Source: a virus. From it: a DNA stretch of 64,000 nucleotides. The stretch lies in UHGV virus genome UHGV-0277313, one strand, 5' to 3'. This document shows positions 39,699-50,459 of this stretch, one piece after another. The first letter of the stretch is position 1; every line of letters begins with the position of its first letter. The position numbers and the translations under genes are program-made. Under the pieces are notes generated by a model. The model was not told the origin of the DNA. It did not search any database and saw only the letters and a list, made by a program, of their open reading frames with translations.

Positions 39699-40430
39699 TT
39701 ATGACCAACTATCAATCGCGTTCTTCGCTTCCTGTTTGACAGAATCATCAATCAAATCATCGTCTTCAACAGGTTGCGCTTCGGGCAGTTCACCTTCCGC
39801 TTCAGCAGAATCTTTATTTTCTTCAGGAACTGCAGGTGTCGCAACACGATCATTTGGCTGTTCTTCACGAATTTTATTCGCTAGAGCAGAACGCAAAGAG
39901 TCTTTATCATCTGCATCAACTCCAACAAATGAAGTCAAAGCTTTCAAAGGATCATGTTCTGTACCAAAATCATAGCTACGACCAACATATTCATTTACCA
40001 TTGAATTGTAAATGCTATTGAATTCCTGTAAATCATCTGATGAGAAAACATAAGAAGAATCTTCTTCTTCATTTTCCTCTTCAGGATTTTTTGTATTCGT
40101 CAGTTCAATAGCATATTCAGGAGCAACCCAAGGTTTACCATCAACTATTGAAGCTGATAAAACACAAAACGCGCCATCCTCTAACTCTTTATAAAGGATG
40201 ACATCATCACGAGTGACACCGTTATCATCAACAACAATATCACCACTCATTTCCCAACCTTCAGGTAAGGCTGGTTTAACCAAAGTGTTCATAAACGCTT
40301 CAAAATCTGCAGCATTTTTAAACACTGATTCATATAAGCTTTCAGATTCACCATAAACACTTTCAATGAAGGCTTTACGGCATTCAGCTGTCGCTTTTCT
40401 TGATTCATAAAGGATCATAATATTCTCCAA
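39699..40430 (-). CDS. acidic hypothetical protein
   Basis: The 243-aa product has a D/E-rich C-half. Confidence 0.45.
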   Translation of the reverse strand: MENIMILYESRKATAECRKAFIESVYGESESLYESVFKNAADFEAFMNTLVKPALPEGWEMSGDIVVDDNGVTRDDVILYKELEDGAFCVLSASIVDGKPWVAPEYAIELTNTKNPEEENEEEDSSYVFSSDDLQEFNSIYNSMVNEYVGRSYDFGTEHDPLKALTSFVGVDADDKDSLRSALANKIREEQPNDRVATPAVPEENKDSAEAEGELPEAQPVEDDDLIDDSVKQEAKNAIDSWS

Positions 40431-40435
40431 TTACA

Positions 40436-41200
40436 TTAAATTAAAGATTCACCATCGCAATAAGCAAATGCTGGACGATCACAACCATCAAACATCAAAC
40501 GTAAATTATTTCGAGGAGTTAAGATAATCTTAACAATCTCGCCATTTGAGCCTTCAGGTCTATTATGACGAAAATCGGAACAACACTTCTTAAAAGCTTT
40601 TTTTAAATTGGCATTGATAGGATTTGCACACAAAGCTTCACATTCAGCTAAAGTGATTTCTTTTCCATCAATGTCTGAACATTCTTCTTTTGGTTCAGGT
40701 GCAGATTCTAAAGAAACATCAACATCTTCAATAGAATTTGCTAATTGATCGGCCTGTGCAAAAGAATCTTGTGCATCTGCCATAAGATTATCCATTTCAG
40801 AAAAATCAACAGCGTTATCACTATCATCTTCCTTTAATGAACCATCAGTTTCTTGAGCGGCAACGACAGGTGCAGCAGGTTCTGGTTTCAAACCAATCTG
40901 CTGATCTGCCAATAACGCACCTTGCATATACACAAAGTTTGTTAAATCAACAACGCCATTAATAATCTCTGCTAGCGGCGTCAAATCACTAAACCCAGCT
41001 GCAGACCACGTATCACGCAAATGTTCCATATCAATTCTAATTTGCGCTAAAGAATGAATAACGCTGTCAATTTCATGAGGAATTTCAGACATCTTTGCTT
41101 CTTTTAAAGCAACAAGAGCCTGTTTGCTTTCCGCAAGCTTTTTCTTCTTTTCAGCCTTTTTAACAACTGATTCGAAGAGGGTATCAAGATAATTGACCAT
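40436..41200 (-). CDS. acidic hypothetical protein
   Basis: The ORF encodes 254 aa. Confidence 0.45.
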   Translation of the reverse strand: MVNYLDTLFESVVKKAEKKKKLAESKQALVALKEAKMSEIPHEIDSVIHSLAQIRIDMEHLRDTWSAAGFSDLTPLAEIINGVVDLTNFVYMQGALLADQQIGLKPEPAAPVVAAQETDGSLKEDDSDNAVDFSEMDNLMADAQDSFAQADQLANSIEDVDVSLESAPEPKEECSDIDGKEITLAECEALCANPINANLKKAFKKCCSDFRHNRPEGSNGEIVKIILTPRNNLRLMFDGCDRPAFAYCDGESLI

Positions 41201-41277
41201 TACTTTCTCCGCAATATTTAAAGCAGTTCAAAAAATAGAACGAAAAAATTTAAAAACCTTTTAAAAAACAGTTTAAA

Positions 41278-41670
41278 TCATTTCGTTGATAATTCTGTTG
41301 AAATTAATAAAGCAATAGGCGTTATATTTTGAATAATTCCAGTATATACATCCATTAAAGCTGCACCGCCAATATTTTCAACTTCGGATGCATTTTTAGG
41401 CATCTGTTCATAAAATGAATAAAAAGAATTTAACATACTTAAAGCTTGAGGAGATAAAACAACCACTTTATCTTCCAACGCTTTAACTAACGAATTGTTA
41501 AAACGAATTGAGGCTGTTACAGCTTCAGTCATTTTATTCATCAATTCACTTGTATAGTCGTATGGTTTACAGTTGCTTGAATATTGAAAATAATCATACA
41601 ATAATTCTAAAGCTTCTTCACTTTTAGCAAGTAATGCTTCTTCTTTTTCATTCAAAGGCATTTTCATCAT
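41278..41670 (-). CDS. hypothetical protein
   Basis: The ORF encodes 130 aa. Confidence 0.4.
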   Translation of the reverse strand: MMKMPLNEKEEALLAKSEEALELLYDYFQYSSNCKPYDYTSELMNKMTEAVTASIRFNNSLVKALEDKVVVLSPQALSMLNSFYSFYEQMPKNASEVENIGGAALMDVYTGIIQNITPIALLISTELSTK

Positions 41671-41977
41671 CCACTTCTAGTTTTTCTTTGATTTTGTTAA
41701 GGTTGCCATCATTATAAAAGTTTAATAAAATTTTGCCTAAAAAAGGAATATAATCTTTTTTAAGTAAAATATCTTCAGTCGTATAATAATTGTTTTTTCG
41801 AATAACTTTTGTAATTTTCAAACTATCACCAACTACAGACAAAATAACTTTAGATTTATTTGCATCTGTAAATGAAATTCCTTCTGGAATAGTAACCTTG
41901 TTAACAGCTTCTGTTTTGACATCTTCTTGAAGCTCAACTTGTCTTTTCAAAACATCCTTAAATATACTCATTAGCAT
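41648..41977 (-). CDS. hypothetical protein
   Basis: The ORF encodes 109 aa. Confidence 0.4.
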   Translation of the reverse strand: MLMSIFKDVLKRQVELQEDVKTEAVNKVTIPEGISFTDANKSKVILSVVGDSLKITKVIRKNNYYTTEDILLKKDYIPFLGKILLNFYNDGNLNKIKEKLEVDDENAFE

Positions 41978-42058
41978 CCTTTAGACAATTTAGGTTTAAT
42001 TTTAGAACAAAACAATAATGTTCTAAAATTAAGTTTTTGTCAACAGGAATTATATATA

Positions 42059-44392
42059 ATGTCAAAATATTCTTTAAAATTTACAACAATAAAAGAATGG
42101 AAACCTGAACTTTTATCACCTGATGAAAATCCCGACAATCCAATTTGTTTAATCATTAATGAATCGCAAGAAGCTATTGCGATGCTAGTTCCACATGTTG
42201 ACAATACTTTTAATGAAAGTTTTATATTCCATTCTGAATCGGATACAAAAACTTTTAAAACAATTGTTGAAGCTTGCAAGTATGTCGGACTATCAGAAGA
42301 AAATAAAGAATGCTCTCAGTTTTTAACAAACACTGAACATTTTATTCTTACGGAAAAAGCACGTCTAGAGCGTTTAAATCCATTTTATGACGGGATTCAC
42401 ACACCTTATAATGACGCTTTGCAATTACATGAATTAAGAAATTCTTATTCAGAAGAAAAAGAAGCTCTGTTTGAAGATTTGATTACTGGAAGAACAAACC
42501 TTTTTGAGCCATCAGAAAGTTTTGATAGTGCTGCTCCAAAAATCTTTAAAATTTGTAAAAAACATCAAGGTATTAACATTTTAATTTTTAACAATCAGGC
42601 TTACTTTGATGCTTTAATTGAAAAGAGCGACTTTGCTTTGTTGAAAGAAAATTTTCAATGCAAACTAAACTTATCAGAAATATTCGGTGTTGGTCGTAAC
42701 AACAGCGGGGAAATTGAAAAACTTTTTAATAAAGATAAAATTGAAAAAGAATATCTTCCTTTGTTTGTTGAAAATGCTGGATCTTTAGGTGTTAAAAACA
42801 GAACAGTAACAGTATTTGACAATACAACAGGGTTAACTATTGAAATCATATTAAAAAATAAAACCATTGACACTGTTTCGCCAAAAGAATTGTCAATTAA
42901 TAATTTAGAAACAGGTTACAGTTTAATATACACTAAAAACAGTGATATAAAATATAAAGACATTTACTTTAATGAATCTAATAATGAATATAACACAATT
43001 GCAAAAATTAAAAGTGTTATTTCAGAAAATTCACATTCATATACATTTTCTAAAATAGAGGATGGTGAAGGCTCTTCATGCGAACTAAACAACGGCATTA
43101 CCGCTGTTCTTTCTGAACCTCGAAACAATTCACAAGCTTTAACACTGTATAAAGGTAAAGAAATTATCAATATTGGTAATGAACCTAGTGAAGCTTCAAA
43201 ACTTATGAAAAAAGGATTGCCACCTATTTCCATGAGATTGAATGAGCCAACAATAATGAACATTCTTCATTCAGTTGAAGGCATGACTTTTAAAACAAAA
43301 CCAGAAGTGGACATAAATCAATTTTACAACGAAGAACGATTCGACAAATTATTTGACGACGAACACAATACTGCGACAATTAAATTTTCAAAGAATGACT
43401 ACATGGCTACATTTACAAGATTAGAAGATGGAAGCTTCTACATGCGTCTCTCTTCTCAAAAATCGCCAGAAGTTACCATTGAAGACCAAATGTTTTCTCA
43501 AGAAGAAAAATCAGATATGCTAGAGATTTTAAATCAATACATATCAATGAGAGCTATTGAAAATACCGTCATTAATATTAACAGTTCAAGTAATGATTTA
43601 ACAGAAAATGATGTGTTTGTTAAAAATGCGCTACCGTTAACTATTAACATTACAGGTAAAAAACCTCATAACATTACTGCTATTGTAAAGTTTATTGGAA
43701 AAGATTCAGAACATAAATCAAAATATTCGATAACAGTACGTGAACAATCAAACTTCTCAAAGAATAAAGAAGATACTTATTATGATACAAGTGTCGAAAA
43801 TATAATTGGCAGTGGAAGATATCCATCACTTGAACAATATATAACAGAGAAAAATTTTAAATTTCCTACAACAGATAAAAAACAAATTATAGACTGTTTA
43901 AACTTTATTAAAAACAATGACATTGGCACTACAAGTCGTTCAATTAATAATATTCTTAACAGTGAAGGAAATAAAGACAAAGACATAAGATACATTTACC
44001 CAACAGATGTACCGTTGACTGCTAAAGACATCTTTAATGATTTTAAAGATAAAAATGAAGGTGATTCAGTATATTATGTATTTGCAAGAAAAGTTCAACT
44101 TGCAGGAAGATTGAACCCTCAAGACATAAAATCTTCTGATATTTATGACAGCGTAATTGTTGTCACACTGACAAACAAAAAAGAAAACAAATTTAGCTAT
44201 GATTATAATCAGTATTCTGAAAAAGATGACACAGAATTAGGGTATAAACCATTTGAGCTAAAGCCCATATTTAAAACAAATAAAGAAACAGGAAAATTAG
44301 AAGTATCTTCACATTTACACACTGATCAAACAATTGATAATTTAGTGGATAAGTTTGAAAAAACACAACGTGAAGTTTTAATAAAAAGATAA
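42059..44392 (+). CDS. 777-aa hypothetical protein, only plus-strand gene in the minus-strand block
   Basis: The product is N/S/K-rich with no recognised motif. A bidirectional terminator follows it. Confidence 0.5.
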   Translation: MSKYSLKFTTIKEWKPELLSPDENPDNPICLIINESQEAIAMLVPHVDNTFNESFIFHSESDTKTFKTIVEACKYVGLSEENKECSQFLTNTEHFILTEKARLERLNPFYDGIHTPYNDALQLHELRNSYSEEKEALFEDLITGRTNLFEPSESFDSAAPKIFKICKKHQGINILIFNNQAYFDALIEKSDFALLKENFQCKLNLSEIFGVGRNNSGEIEKLFNKDKIEKEYLPLFVENAGSLGVKNRTVTVFDNTTGLTIEIILKNKTIDTVSPKELSINNLETGYSLIYTKNSDIKYKDIYFNESNNEYNTIAKIKSVISENSHSYTFSKIEDGEGSSCELNNGITAVLSEPRNNSQALTLYKGKEIINIGNEPSEASKLMKKGLPPISMRLNEPTIMNILHSVEGMTFKTKPEVDINQFYNEERFDKLFDDEHNTATIKFSKNDYMATFTRLEDGSFYMRLSSQKSPEVTIEDQMFSQEEKSDMLEILNQYISMRAIENTVININSSSNDLTENDVFVKNALPLTINITGKKPHNITAIVKFIGKDSEHKSKYSITVREQSNFSKNKEDTYYDTSVENIIGSGRYPSLEQYITEKNFKFPTTDKKQIIDCLNFIKNNDIGTTSRSINNILNSEGNKDKDIRYIYPTDVPLTAKDIFNDFKDKNEGDSVYYVFARKVQLAGRLNPQDIKSSDIYDSVIVVTLTNKKENKFSYDYNQYSEKDDTELGYKPFELKPIFKTNKETGKLEVSSHLHTDQTIDNLVDKFEKTQREVLIKR

Positions 44393-44421
44393 AAAAAAAG
44401 CGGGGGGTAACCCCGCTTTTT
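44392..44421. terminator. bidirectional rho-independent terminator
   Basis: The sequence reads aaaaaaaaagcggggggtaaccccgcttttt. Confidence 0.75.
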
Positions 44422-44812
44422 ACATGACTAACTCGTCTTTCTTTTTCATATAAATTATAGGATTAATGTTCATATTTGGAATTTTCCAAACAGCAACAAT
44501 ATAATCAACACCTTCAAATTGGCAAACATGTCCGATAAAAGAAATGTCTGACGTCTCAATTGCTCGTTCAAATTTCTCATTACTTAATAGTAAATTATAA
44601 AATTCAGAATCTTCTTTTAAGAAACCAAAACGTTTTTTCCATACATTCACGAAACTTATATCGCCAACATCAAACACATTACATAAAAAATCTTGATATT
44701 CTTGAAAACAATCTCCTAACATTTCAGAATATCGTCTTTCCATTTTCCCTGAACAAGAATGTGATTTGATCAGTTCATGTTCTGTATTCAATCCTAAATC
44801 TACAAATTCCAT
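44420..44812 (-). CDS. hypothetical protein
   Basis: The ORF encodes 130 aa. Confidence 0.4.
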   Translation of the reverse strand: MEFVDLGLNTEHELIKSHSCSGKMERRYSEMLGDCFQEYQDFLCNVFDVGDISFVNVWKKRFGFLKEDSEFYNLLLSNEKFERAIETSDISFIGHVCQFEGVDYIVAVWKIPNMNINPIIYMKKKDELVM

Positions 44813-44815
44813 AAA

Positions 44816-45538
44816 TCACCTATTCTTTAAAATGTCATTTGTTGTATTTATAGCTGTCTTTTTCCACTTTTCCAATTCAGCCTTTAATTGACAACGTTTA
44901 ATAAAATCTTGACCACAAGATTCCACTGTATAAACATATTTAAAAGCAGAAATCAACAAATGTAAAATTGTTGATATTTCTGTATTGGAATAACCTAATT
45001 GCATTAAACGTTCAACCGGAATTTTTAGAAAAGTTTCACCGTTTTCATTTACAGTTTCAAACTTTATATTAAAGTCATTAGCTAATTTCTGAACAGGTTC
45101 GATAAATAATTCTACACCCTTAAGATTGAAATTAACAAAACCATTCTTAAATAAAGCATTCTTACCAACTGATTCTTTTTCCAAATCAAGAAATGTTTTT
45201 ACTCTTTTTGCAATGCTTACAAAAAATGGAATAGATAATACAAAAGATAAAATCTCATCTTTCTGTTTATTACTATAAACAATCTTTTTACTTCTTTTGA
45301 ATTTAAAAATTGTATTTGGATATGTTTCAGGAATTTCAACAGTAAATTCATTACGTTTAGAATTTAACTTTACAATAAAACTATTAATACCAACAACGTG
45401 ATCTTTACATGGTTTATCTGATATACTGATACAATATCCTAAAATGCTAAAAAAGTTTTCTAATGTATCTTCATAAAGAGAATCATCATAATGTTTAATG
45501 TTAAATGTTAATTCTTCTGTCAAATCAATCAAGTGCAT
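44816..45538 (-). CDS. hypothetical protein
   Basis: The ORF encodes 240 aa. Confidence 0.45.
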   Translation of the reverse strand: MHLIDLTEELTFNIKHYDDSLYEDTLENFFSILGYCISISDKPCKDHVVGINSFIVKLNSKRNEFTVEIPETYPNTIFKFKRSKKIVYSNKQKDEILSFVLSIPFFVSIAKRVKTFLDLEKESVGKNALFKNGFVNFNLKGVELFIEPVQKLANDFNIKFETVNENGETFLKIPVERLMQLGYSNTEISTILHLLISAFKYVYTVESCGQDFIKRCQLKAELEKWKKTAINTTNDILKNR

Positions 45539-45800
45539 TTAAATCAACTCCATCAACAATGTTTGAAACTCTTTTTTGTTCATTTCGCAAATCATCAATA
45601 TATGTATCTTTTATAGTTAAATACTTACCTAAATCAATTAAACGATCCAGACGAACAATAAAGCTATTAACAAAATCGCTCCCTAAATTTGATGCATCAC
45701 ACAATTCGCGAACAAAACCAATTAATTCTTCACGATCTTGAATAAATCTGACCGCCTGATTTTCATCAAAAACTGTTTTATTTTCTTCAGGTGTACTCAT
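45525..45800 (-). CDS. hypothetical protein
   Basis: The ORF encodes 91 aa. Confidence 0.35.
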   Translation of the reverse strand: MSTPEENKTVFDENQAVRFIQDREELIGFVRELCDASNLGSDFVNSFIVRLDRLIDLGKYLTIKDTYIDDLRNEQKRVSNIVDGVDLNALD

Positions 45801-46147
45801 GCTTCGTAATCCAAAATTCCTAATTTAAATTCACGTTCAGTGTCTTCATTATCATACCTAATTTTTACAAAATCAAGTAAATTTTTTATCACAATAAAAT
45901 CTGCACTGAACCACTCACCACTTAAATGGTTAAATTTTAGATAGCGATGCATGATCGACTCCAGAATTTTTGCAGGAGCTTCTTCAATTTCTACACAATA
46001 TTCAAGTGACAATTTCTTTGGGTTACCTGTCTGAAGTTGTCTGACCCTTCTTTTTGGATCCTTTGACAACCCTACTTTAAAAGCTTCACCATTCGAAATC
46101 ACATAAATAAAACTACTCATTTCTAAAATATTTAAATAACATTTCAT
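45797..46147 (-). CDS. T5orf172/MUG113-type GIY-YIG superfamily nuclease domain protein
   Basis: The segment FIYVISNGEAFKVGLSKDPKRRVRQLQTGNPKKLSL matches the T5orf172 pattern. It lies directly downstream of the terminase. Confidence 0.5.
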   Translation of the reverse strand: MKCYLNILEMSSFIYVISNGEAFKVGLSKDPKRRVRQLQTGNPKKLSLEYCVEIEEAPAKILESIMHRYLKFNHLSGEWFSADFIVIKNLLDFVKIRYDNEDTEREFKLGILDYEA

Positions 46148-46173
46148 AACCTGCGATTAGAAAAATCAAATTT

Positions 46174-49100
46174 TTAGATTTCAATTACTTCCTGTTTCTT
46201 CGAGTCATAAACAAAACTATCTTCAGCTTTAACCTCTTGTGTTTTAGCCTCAATATATGGAAACTCTACAGGAGTTGCATCTAAATATGCATTATTAACA
46301 GCACCTACGCAATTGTGTACAAACACATTACAATCCAATGCAAAATTATGAATTGAATTTAATACAATATCATATACAGGTTTTGTATTTTCAATTTTTG
46401 TAATCTGTGTAACATACACATGTAAATTTTCAACTTTAGATTTCTGTTCTGCTAATTTATCACCTAAATCGTGTTTTAGCAAATATCGTCTATATCCTTC
46501 TGGATTTACTTGCTTCATTAACGCTAACCCTTCGTTAATGATTTTTGTTCTAGCCCGTTTCATAACAGTACGATCATGAAAAGCTTTAATTTCACGACCA
46601 GTCATTGCATGTAAATTTGTATGTTCAATATTTGTTAAAGGGACCAAATTTTCAGGTCTATCATCATTTTTATTATGTGACTTGTGATGAATAACTGTAA
46701 ATTTACTACCATCAATTACAGCACGTTTTTTTGCTTCTGCAATAGCGTTTGACAATAAGTCTTGAGAAACAATTTTATATAAAAATTTCGGCGTTCCTTT
46801 AAATGGATTAACAACTTTTCTATATCTATCATGATAGTTTAATTCATGATAATAATTAAAAGGCATTAACTCATCATACAGAGCAATATCTTCTGCCTGT
46901 TTATATTCACCGCTTTTCATTAGAATTAAATGATCATCAGTACATGCAAAGGTTTTTCCGTTGCTTAAAGTAAACTGCAACAAAGTTTCAGGAATATGTT
47001 TTTCTAACACACGTTCAATCTTAACAGGCTTTAACTGTTTTGATTCACAATCACATGCTAAAACCCATTCATGCTCAATATCAGAATTGTATAACTCTTC
47101 TATTGTTAAAACTTTTCCAGACAATAAAAAGATTTTTGTATCGTAAGCCAAACAACTATCAGCCATATCTTTTTTGTGCGTTGTTACTAGTTTTTTATCT
47201 GCAACACCAATATAACCTAATTGTTCACGCAAATATGGGCAATCACCAACTTTAATACGTCCTGTAATCATCCACTGTGCAAAATTTAAATATGCCGTAA
47301 TATCACGATCTACTGATTGATAACGTACGTTCTCAAATTCATGATGCTGCTGTAATGATTGTCTTACATATTCAGAATTGTGAACGAACACACCAGCCGA
47401 TAATGCGAAATTTGGAGCTTTATCTATACTAATATCATACACATCTTCATATTCGTCTAGAAATTCAATATATTTGACTTTATGATTAATTCTATGCTTT
47501 TTGAACCACTCTTCACGATATTTAGTCTTTTCTTTGTTGATAGTTTCTAACGAAACAGTTTTTTTATAATTTTTTCCAAACAATTTTATTAAATGACCTC
47601 TAGAGCCAGGATATCTCACTTTCATTTTCGCAACATATTCTGGATTTTCCCATTTTAATAAATTTGCTTTTGTTATATTCTGTAATGCAATATCTGATGT
47701 TTTACTACCTAATCTCGGTTTTCTTGTTTTATTTAAAATTTTAATTCTTTCAGATTGCTCTTTAGCTCTTTTGCAATCATCTTTTTTAAACGATTTTTTT
47801 GTACAATCAATCATCTCTTGTTTATATTTTTTTGCAACTAATTTCCCAGATTCACTTTGACACTTCCTTGCATATGCTGATTTATTTTTATCTGCATAAA
47901 ATTTTTCTTTTATTTTCTTGCATTTGATAGATCTCTTCTTTCTGGCTTCTTCTGTTTGAGATTTTTCTACAACCCTATTCCAAACAGTTGGATCTAATCT
48001 TAATAATTCTTGAAAATGCTCAACATGCACTTTCAAATGTTCATCTTTTGTTAACAATACTAAATTGTTTGGATTATTATTTAATTTATTAAAATCTTTA
48101 TGGTGTATGTGAAAGCCTTTAGTTGACCCATATAAACTATTTGCTATTTTTCCATAAGTTAACCCCCAACTATTTGTTAAAGGGTTTAATACATTTTCAT
48201 AACCTTTATCAGAATATTTCCTATATAAAGGCATCAATGAATCACCACAATTTAAATATTGTGCCTGAATAAAATCACCATTCCTTAACATAAAACGATG
48301 ATCTAATGTGCATCTTATTTCTTCATCATTATCTAACACAACTTTCATAATGCGTTTTTTGCCATTATTTTTAGCATTAATAATTCGTCCAGGAACAACT
48401 TTTTTTGTTTTCAGGTCTAACGTATATGTAAACAACTCCTCGCCACTATTGAATCTTTCTAAAATATCTTTAAAAGAAACTTCCTCACCATTTAATAATG
48501 ATACTTTTGTATCACCTGTGAAACATTGAAACTGATCATACGAAATTGTCTTAATATACACACCTGCTTTATCACGCAAATCCAATGATAATTGTTTAAT
48601 AGCATCATGATCAATTCGGTTTGGCGCTGAAATCCATGATACAAAATCAGCCACAAAAACAGTTTGATGTTCTCCTAAATCATTAACAACATACTCTTTA
48701 TGCCATAACGAATATCCTGCTTGTGACGTTGACTGTGAAGCTAGATCAACGTGAACGAACCTCGGTGCATTTGGATACCTTGCTAAACGTGGTCCTAAAG
48801 TTGTTTCTTGAAATAATTCTTTTGGCAACTTATCAAGTAAAGGTATCTGATCACCTAAAGGCGCTTCTAAATGAACCTCTGGTAATAATTGTTTACAATC
48901 ACCGATACGTGACAAATCGTCAAAAGGTCTATCAGATGTATCTGTCGTTCTACCAGCAATGTTTTGAATAGCCGCTTCAATATTATTTTCAAACTCACGT
49001 CTATACTCAATAGGAACTTCTAATAATTCACAACCTGCAGGTGGTACATAATTTAGTTTTTCTAAAGGTACATCATTATATTCTTCAGGCAACACTTTTG

Positions 49101-49521
49101 ACGGGTGTGTTTTAGTACCAATATAAATCCAAAAATGTTTACCTGATAATCCTAAAGCATCACCCTTAACTTCCCAAATAGCTGGATCTAACAATAATGT
49201 TTCTGGATCGTCAGGTTTGATTTTATGTATATATTCCCAAACCATTCCTGATTTTGATTTAGATGATGAAATCAACGCACAATAAATTAATGATGAATTT
49301 AAAAAACGTGATCTAATACGTTCGCGTAAACCTGTATAAAGTTTAAACGCTTCAGATGAATCCTTCTCTTCAGCTTCGTCAAAAATTGAGTTACATGTTA
49401 CAACTCCAGACGATAATAGATAATTGTGCAAATCATTATTTACTTCTAAATTATATACTTTTACAGGTTGTTCAAGTTTTTTAGTTTTTATGGAATTAAT
49501 CTTCATAAGTAAAACTTTCAT
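46174..49521 (-). CDS. terL: terminase large subunit, C-terminal polypeptide (split-intein C-half + Walker B/nuclease exteins + two HNH inteins)
   Basis: The exteins SIFDEAEE (Walker-B-like), RFVHVDLASQSTSQAGYSLW and KKDMADS|CVGAV match the T4 gp17 nuclease motifs YIATLDCSEGRGQDYHAL and HDDLVMSL. Confidence 0.65.
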   Translation of the reverse strand: MKVLLMKINSIKTKKLEQPVKVYNLEVNNDLHNYLLSSGVVTCNSIFDEAEEKDSSEAFKLYTGLRERIRSRFLNSSLIYCALISSSKSKSGMVWEYIHKIKPDDPETLLLDPAIWEVKGDALGLSGKHFWIYIGTKTHPSKVLPEEYNDVPLEKLNYVPPAGCELLEVPIEYRREFENNIEAAIQNIAGRTTDTSDRPFDDLSRIGDCKQLLPEVHLEAPLGDQIPLLDKLPKELFQETTLGPRLARYPNAPRFVHVDLASQSTSQAGYSLWHKEYVVNDLGEHQTVFVADFVSWISAPNRIDHDAIKQLSLDLRDKAGVYIKTISYDQFQCFTGDTKVSLLNGEEVSFKDILERFNSGEELFTYTLDLKTKKVVPGRIINAKNNGKKRIMKVVLDNDEEIRCTLDHRFMLRNGDFIQAQYLNCGDSLMPLYRKYSDKGYENVLNPLTNSWGLTYGKIANSLYGSTKGFHIHHKDFNKLNNNPNNLVLLTKDEHLKVHVEHFQELLRLDPTVWNRVVEKSQTEEARKKRSIKCKKIKEKFYADKNKSAYARKCQSESGKLVAKKYKQEMIDCTKKSFKKDDCKRAKEQSERIKILNKTRKPRLGSKTSDIALQNITKANLLKWENPEYVAKMKVRYPGSRGHLIKLFGKNYKKTVSLETINKEKTKYREEWFKKHRINHKVKYIEFLDEYEDVYDISIDKAPNFALSAGVFVHNSEYVRQSLQQHHEFENVRYQSVDRDITAYLNFAQWMITGRIKVGDCPYLREQLGYIGVADKKLVTTHKKDMADSCLAYDTKIFLLSGKVLTIEELYNSDIEHEWVLACDCESKQLKPVKIERVLEKHIPETLLQFTLSNGKTFACTDDHLILMKSGEYKQAEDIALYDELMPFNYYHELNYHDRYRKVVNPFKGTPKFLYKIVSQDLLSNAIAEAKKRAVIDGSKFTVIHHKSHNKNDDRPENLVPLTNIEHTNLHAMTGREIKAFHDRTVMKRARTKIINEGLALMKQVNPEGYRRYLLKHDLGDKLAEQKSKVENLHVYVTQITKIENTKPVYDIVLNSIHNFALDCNVFVHNCVGAVNNAYLDATPVEFPYIEAKTQEVKAEDSFVYDSKKQEVIEI
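46312..47154 (-). mobile_element. intein 5 (281 aa) with HNH homing endonuclease, inserted in the terminase nuclease motif
   Basis: The intein runs from CLAYDTKIFLLSG to HNFALDCNVFVHN|C. The HNH motif is VIHHKSHNKNDDRPENLVPLTNIEHTNLH. Confidence 0.65.
47377..48525 (-). mobile_element. intein 4 (383 aa) with HNH homing endonuclease
   Basis: The intein runs from CFTGDTKVSLLNG to NFALSAGVFVHN|S. The HNH motif is HIHHKDFNKLNNNPNNLVLLTKDEHLKVH. Confidence 0.65.
49390..49521 (-). mobile_element. split-intein C-fragment (IntC, 44 aa) at the start of the ORF
   Basis: The fragment MKVLLMKINSIKTKKLEQPVKVYNLEVNNDLHNYLLSSGVVTCN is followed by a +1 Ser. It aligns to the C-terminal blocks of the mini-intein 2 (VYDIEVPVYHNFAVVTDSGNLIILHN). 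Confidence 0.6.
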
Positions 49522-50458
49522 TGAAAATCAAATTAATTGTACTAACAAACTTAGATACTGAACCAAATTTTTTAATTAAACTATCCCACAAAGGCAAAGA
49601 TCTTTTGTTTTTATCCGAAAGATTTCTTGCTTTCTGATATGACAACTTGTTGACAACATTACCTTCAATTAATTTAACAACATTATAATATCTAGCTAAC
49701 GTAGCTAACTCTTGTTTTTCTCTTGCTCTTTCTGGATACAATTTATTAAACTCTTGCGTATTTTTTGAATGCAATTTTCGTGTAGAATCTGTAATTACCC
49801 TGTTTTTATTTGAATTAACAACTACATCGTGATGCCTTTGTGATGAATTAAATTTTCTCATCAATTCTCTTCCATGTTCTATACAATGCATCTTTCCTTC
49901 CTCTGAACGTAAATACTGTTTCATTCTTTTTGATGCACTTTCTCTACCCTCTATACTTTTGCTATAAGGTATTAAAACTTTTTTAACACGTTCTGCTCTT
50001 CTTTTTATAAACTCTTTATCGTTATTAATCTTGTTTAAATTATTTCTTGCACAAGATTTCATATATTCTGAAGACATCAGATCTTTCATTCTATTTCTAG
50101 CCCTATTCTTTGCTTCGACAGTTCTAGAATATTCAACAAGATGTTTTGCAGTATTTAGCAATTTTGCTGAATCACTTGATAAACCTTTCCCACCTTCAAC
50201 TAAATTATAACATTTATCATCATTTACAGTGTTACTATTAACAAGTACGCGTTCAAAGTTAAATGCATCTTTCTCTGAATCAAAAAAACGTAAAATTTTT
50301 AATTGAAAATTTTCTTTTCCATATTTTTTTATGGCTTTTTTTATTAAAACGCCAGAACCTAAATACCTATCATTAAGGTTATTTGTTGCATGTTTTCCAT
50401 AATAAAATTTACCGTTTATTAAATTAGTTATTTTATAAACAAAAATAAATTTACTCAT
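49496..50458 (-). mobile_element. free-standing GIY-YIG homing endonuclease gene lying between the two halves of the split intein
   Basis: The N-terminus MSKFIFVYKITNLINGKFYYGKH...RYLGSG...NFERVLV...YNLVEGG is a GIY-YIG domain. The C-half has basic NUMOD-like repeats. The ATG lies 2 nt after the upstream stop; the track start at 50470 is a GTG. Confidence 0.7.
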
Positions 50459-50459
50459 A

